Part shown: in pieces, positions 61,101-64,000 of the stretch
Layout: the number at the start of each line of letters is the position of its first letter
Numbering within the stretch: position 1 is the first letter of the stretch
Assembly (NCBI GenBank): GCA_013239625.1
Contig: MU054323.1
Location: 7,305,220 to 7,369,219, forward strand
Source: Lama guanicoe
Taxonomy: Eukaryota
Direction of reading: 5' to 3'
DNA: 64,000 nucleotides
Translations under genes and position numbers: made by a program
The notes under the pieces: model-generated
Told to the model about the DNA's origin: nothing
What the model saw: only the letters and a program-made list of their open reading frames with translations
The model's database searches: none

Positions 61101-61700
61101 TCACATGAAAAATGCTCAACATGGGTACCCACTAGGGAAATGAAAATTGAAATCACGAAAGATACCACTTACCCACTAGAGTAGCTACAATCAAAGCGAC
61201 TGACTAGGCTGTGAGGAAACGAGAACCGTTGTACACTGCTGACAGACTGTAAAATGGAACCACCACTTTGGAAGGCAGTTTGGCAGTTTCTTAAAATATT
61301 AAATATAAACTTACCATACGATCTAACAACTTCACTCCTGAGTATATACCGAGGAGAAATAAAAACCTATGCCCACCCCAAACTCGTACACAAATGTCCA
61401 TCAGCAATTGCTGAATAGGCCCGAAGTGGAAACAACCCCAAAGCCCACTGACTGCTGCATGAACCAACAAGATGTGGCTTATCCATTACTACAAAATCTT
61501 TTTGCTATTTTTACTACTGTTTAACCTTTATAATAATCTTCCATTGAAAATTCGACATGTTCTATCTTGTGAAATACTCTCTTCTATTTTTGTCAGTGAC
61601 TATAAAACACTTATTATTACTTACTTTATCAGGGTATGTATCTTTTCTTCCCAACTAGTTTATAACCATTTCAGGAGTCCTGTTTTGGCTAGATAACATT
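58140..61700. mobile_element. Nested L1 cluster: plus-strand L1MB-like (about 58490-59690), L1MA-like (about 59765-60978) inside an older L1 (59690-59765 and 60979-61490), all within an older minus-strand L1 relic
   Basis: Three repeats of the ORF2 C-terminal segment (e.g. ORF 59882-60151 [11 protein letters not shown]...[17 protein letters not shown]), two of them ending in distinct 3' UTRs with A tails. Confidence 0.85.
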
Positions 61701-63737
61701 ATCACATATTAATCACTGTATTTTGGGAAACCACCTCTCCCTTTTACCTTATAATTACCATCAGCCTGTGCTTTCTGGTCATTTTTTATGGGAGTGGGGG
61801 CAAATAACAAAGCATACAATTTATTCTAGTTTGGAAAGTGCTTATGATGACCAGCCAGAACAAGCAGTTTCAGCCACAGTGCAAACTAGATAAGGAAGCT
61901 GGGGGAGAGGTGAGAGATCCCAGAGAAAAGGCAAGGAAGTCCAATGCTTGGTTTGGCAGGAGAATCCTGAGCCAGCACAGTTTGGGATGCAGAACATCAC
62001 AGAAGTGGCCTTTCCTGGGCCGAGGGGACCAGAACAAAGGTCATTTCTTGGGTTGCCTGGGCAGCCTCAAGGAAGAACCCAATGCAGCTGAACGCTTCCC
62101 ATAGGCTGATACCGTTAGAGGTGATACGCCTAAAGCTGCCTCTCAATCACAGAGGAACTGGAGCCTCAGTGAGGTCAGGTGTGGACCCTGGATGCTGGGG
62201 GAGCCTCAGCCATGGAACAGGGTGCTGCCTGCAAGAACGAGGCCTGGCCACAAGCAGAGGGCATGATGGCTTCAGCACAGATCAACCTGGAGCTGTGGAC
62301 ACCCCTCTGCTGATGTCACGGCATCTAGCCCGAGTCCTCCAGGCATAGCACTCATTTTTGGTGCAGGAAGGGGAATAATCATCTCTGAAGTGACTGGCTT
62401 CAGAGTTTTCCTGGAAATGCCCAGACTAAGTGTCCGGCTCAGACAGTTAGTGCTTAAGAGGGAAATTAAGGCCACTTACAGATTTTTTTTTTTTTGGCCT
62501 GAGTATGGCCTGTGAAATTCACACTCACTTCAATGTATGACAGTTACCTGTCATCCCTTCAGAGGGCCAACCCAGCATTAAGCACATGGCAAGTACTCAA
62601 TAATCTCGCTCAGTGAGATTTGGGTCAGGCATCACTGCCTGAGGACTGAAGGTCAGGGTCGTAAGACCAGAGATGAAGAAATAGGTTGCTTTAACATGAA
62701 ACATGAGACTGAACCTTTGCAAATATTTTAATAGGAAAATGATGATGAGGGATGAAGCAAGAGGGAGGGACGGGGGGTGGATAGGCACATGTGGCTAAAA
62801 CTCCAGGGTCAGAAAATGAAACCTACTGCCCACCATCAGCTTGAAAATAATCAGGCCCCTTCCCCGGGATCACAGCCCAGGACATGCCTTCTGAGGAAGA
62901 TGGAAACCAGACTCCGATGTTGTCTGTGTTCAGAGCAGGAGAAAGAGAAAAGCCCAGACCACTGGGAAGACGTAATTTTCCCCATGGATCTCAAGCTCCA
63001 GCCCTTGGCTTTAGGATGATCATGTTGGACTAAAACAGTGCTAGGATGGAGCTGTCAGGAGCCCTGTGGGAATTCTGGGTCCAGCAGAGCAATGTCGGTT
63101 TGGCATCCTGGTGGGTCAGTAAATCCCAAAGGCCCTGGGAGAGACACATGTCAGAGGCAATCGATGTGCGTGACTTCCTCAGCCAGGCCTGAGGCTGAGG
63201 TTTAAGGGGGGCCTAGAGATGGGGGCTGCCCTGGGATGAGGTAAATGTTAGTACGAGGGAGGTCAACTGACTCTGCTCTTGGGTGGTGTAGACAACAACA
63301 AAAAGTACCAGCAAGAGCTCCTTCAATCTGTGGAAAGGACTGCGCTCTTTCCTGCCTTCAGGCCTCTGCTTGCTGTTCTCTGTGCCAGGAGCACTGCCCG
63401 CTCCGTGTCCTCTGACCAGCTCCTCCTGGTCTCCCAGCTGTCTGCCCATTGTCACCTCTGCTAGGATCAGATTAGGTCTTCCTGGGATGCTCCCACAGAA
63501 CCCTGTACAGCATTAATCTCACCTCTCACATTTATCTTCCTCACCATTGTGCCGACCACATGTAGAGGCTTAATGAGTATTTGTTAAATGACAATGAGGT
63601 GTATCAAGTTTCTGACCCTTTTTCTTCTGTAATGGAAAGTGGGAACGTAGCCAGAGTGGGCAGTGATCTCCTGGGAGGACTAAATCTGTCAGTCATCAAT
63701 AAAGCTTTATGTGAAATACTTTAACTAGATAACTAAG

Positions 63738-63817
63738 TGTGGTGGGCAGAACCCTGAGGAAGCCTCCAGTGACACCCTCCCTCTCTGTAGTCATACTTTT
63801 GTGTAATCCCCACCTCA
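63738..63817 (+). mobile_element. MaLR LTR 5' end (MLT1E-like), interrupted by the following L1
   Basis: TGTGGTGGGCAGAACCCTGAGG...TGTGTAATCCCC. Confidence 0.5.
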
Positions 63818-63822
63818 TATAT

Positions 63823-64000
63823 ATATTTTATTGAAGTGTAGTCAGTTTACAATGTGTCAATTTCTGGTGCACAGCACAATGCTTCAGTCATACATATACA
63901 TACGTGTATTGGTTTTTATATTCCTTTTCACCATAGGTTACTACAAGCTATTGAATATAGTTCCCTGAGCTATACAGTATGAACTTGTTGTTTATCTATT
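63823..64000 (-). mobile_element. Young lineage-specific L1 3' end (camelid/cetartiodactyl type), running off the window edge
   Basis: TTTTTATTGAAGTGTAGTCAGTTTACAATGTGTCAATTTCTGGTG...TTGAATATAGTTCCCTGAGCTATACAG. Confidence 0.8.

Noticed and set aside
1..64000. CRISPR arrays, tRNA/rRNA/snRNA genes, processed pseudogenes, prokaryotic-type systems
   Set aside because: No repeat-spacer periodicity, no recognisable structural RNA sequence and no intronless gene copy seen; the DNA is clearly mammalian.

Overview
Mammalian (eutherian) genomic DNA, probably a camelid or another cetartiodactyl. This rests on the style of the young L1 3' tails and on my not seeing Alu, BovA/B or PRE SINEs. The window covers the DNMT3A-DTNB junction, with both genes on the minus strand. 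Positions 1-22530 are DNMT3A intron 1. A CpG island at about 21.3-23.4 kb, interrupted by two assembly gaps, holds two alternative non-coding first exons of DNMT3A. About 24 kb of intergenic DNA follows. Positions 47.2-57.0 kb hold the last five exons of dystrobrevin beta (DTNB), encoding AQATGSPH...GKDRG*. The rest is old repeats: HAL1/L1, L2, MIR, L3/CR1, MaLR, an ERV-L dUTPase remnant with its LTR, and MER5A. Nearly all ORF-track entries are spurious or L1 relics. No prokaryotic-type system, CRISPR array or RNA gene is present. The best leads are a candidate in-frame 42-nt DTNB cassette microexon with PTB/RBFOX-type architecture, a MEF2/E-box/MCAT module just past the DTNB 3' end, a modular and possibly variable DTNB C-terminus, NF-kB and AP-1 motif clusters, and a locally templated 73-bp insertion. 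Gene and repeat identities come from recalled orthologue and consensus sequences, not from a search; repeat boundaries are approximate.
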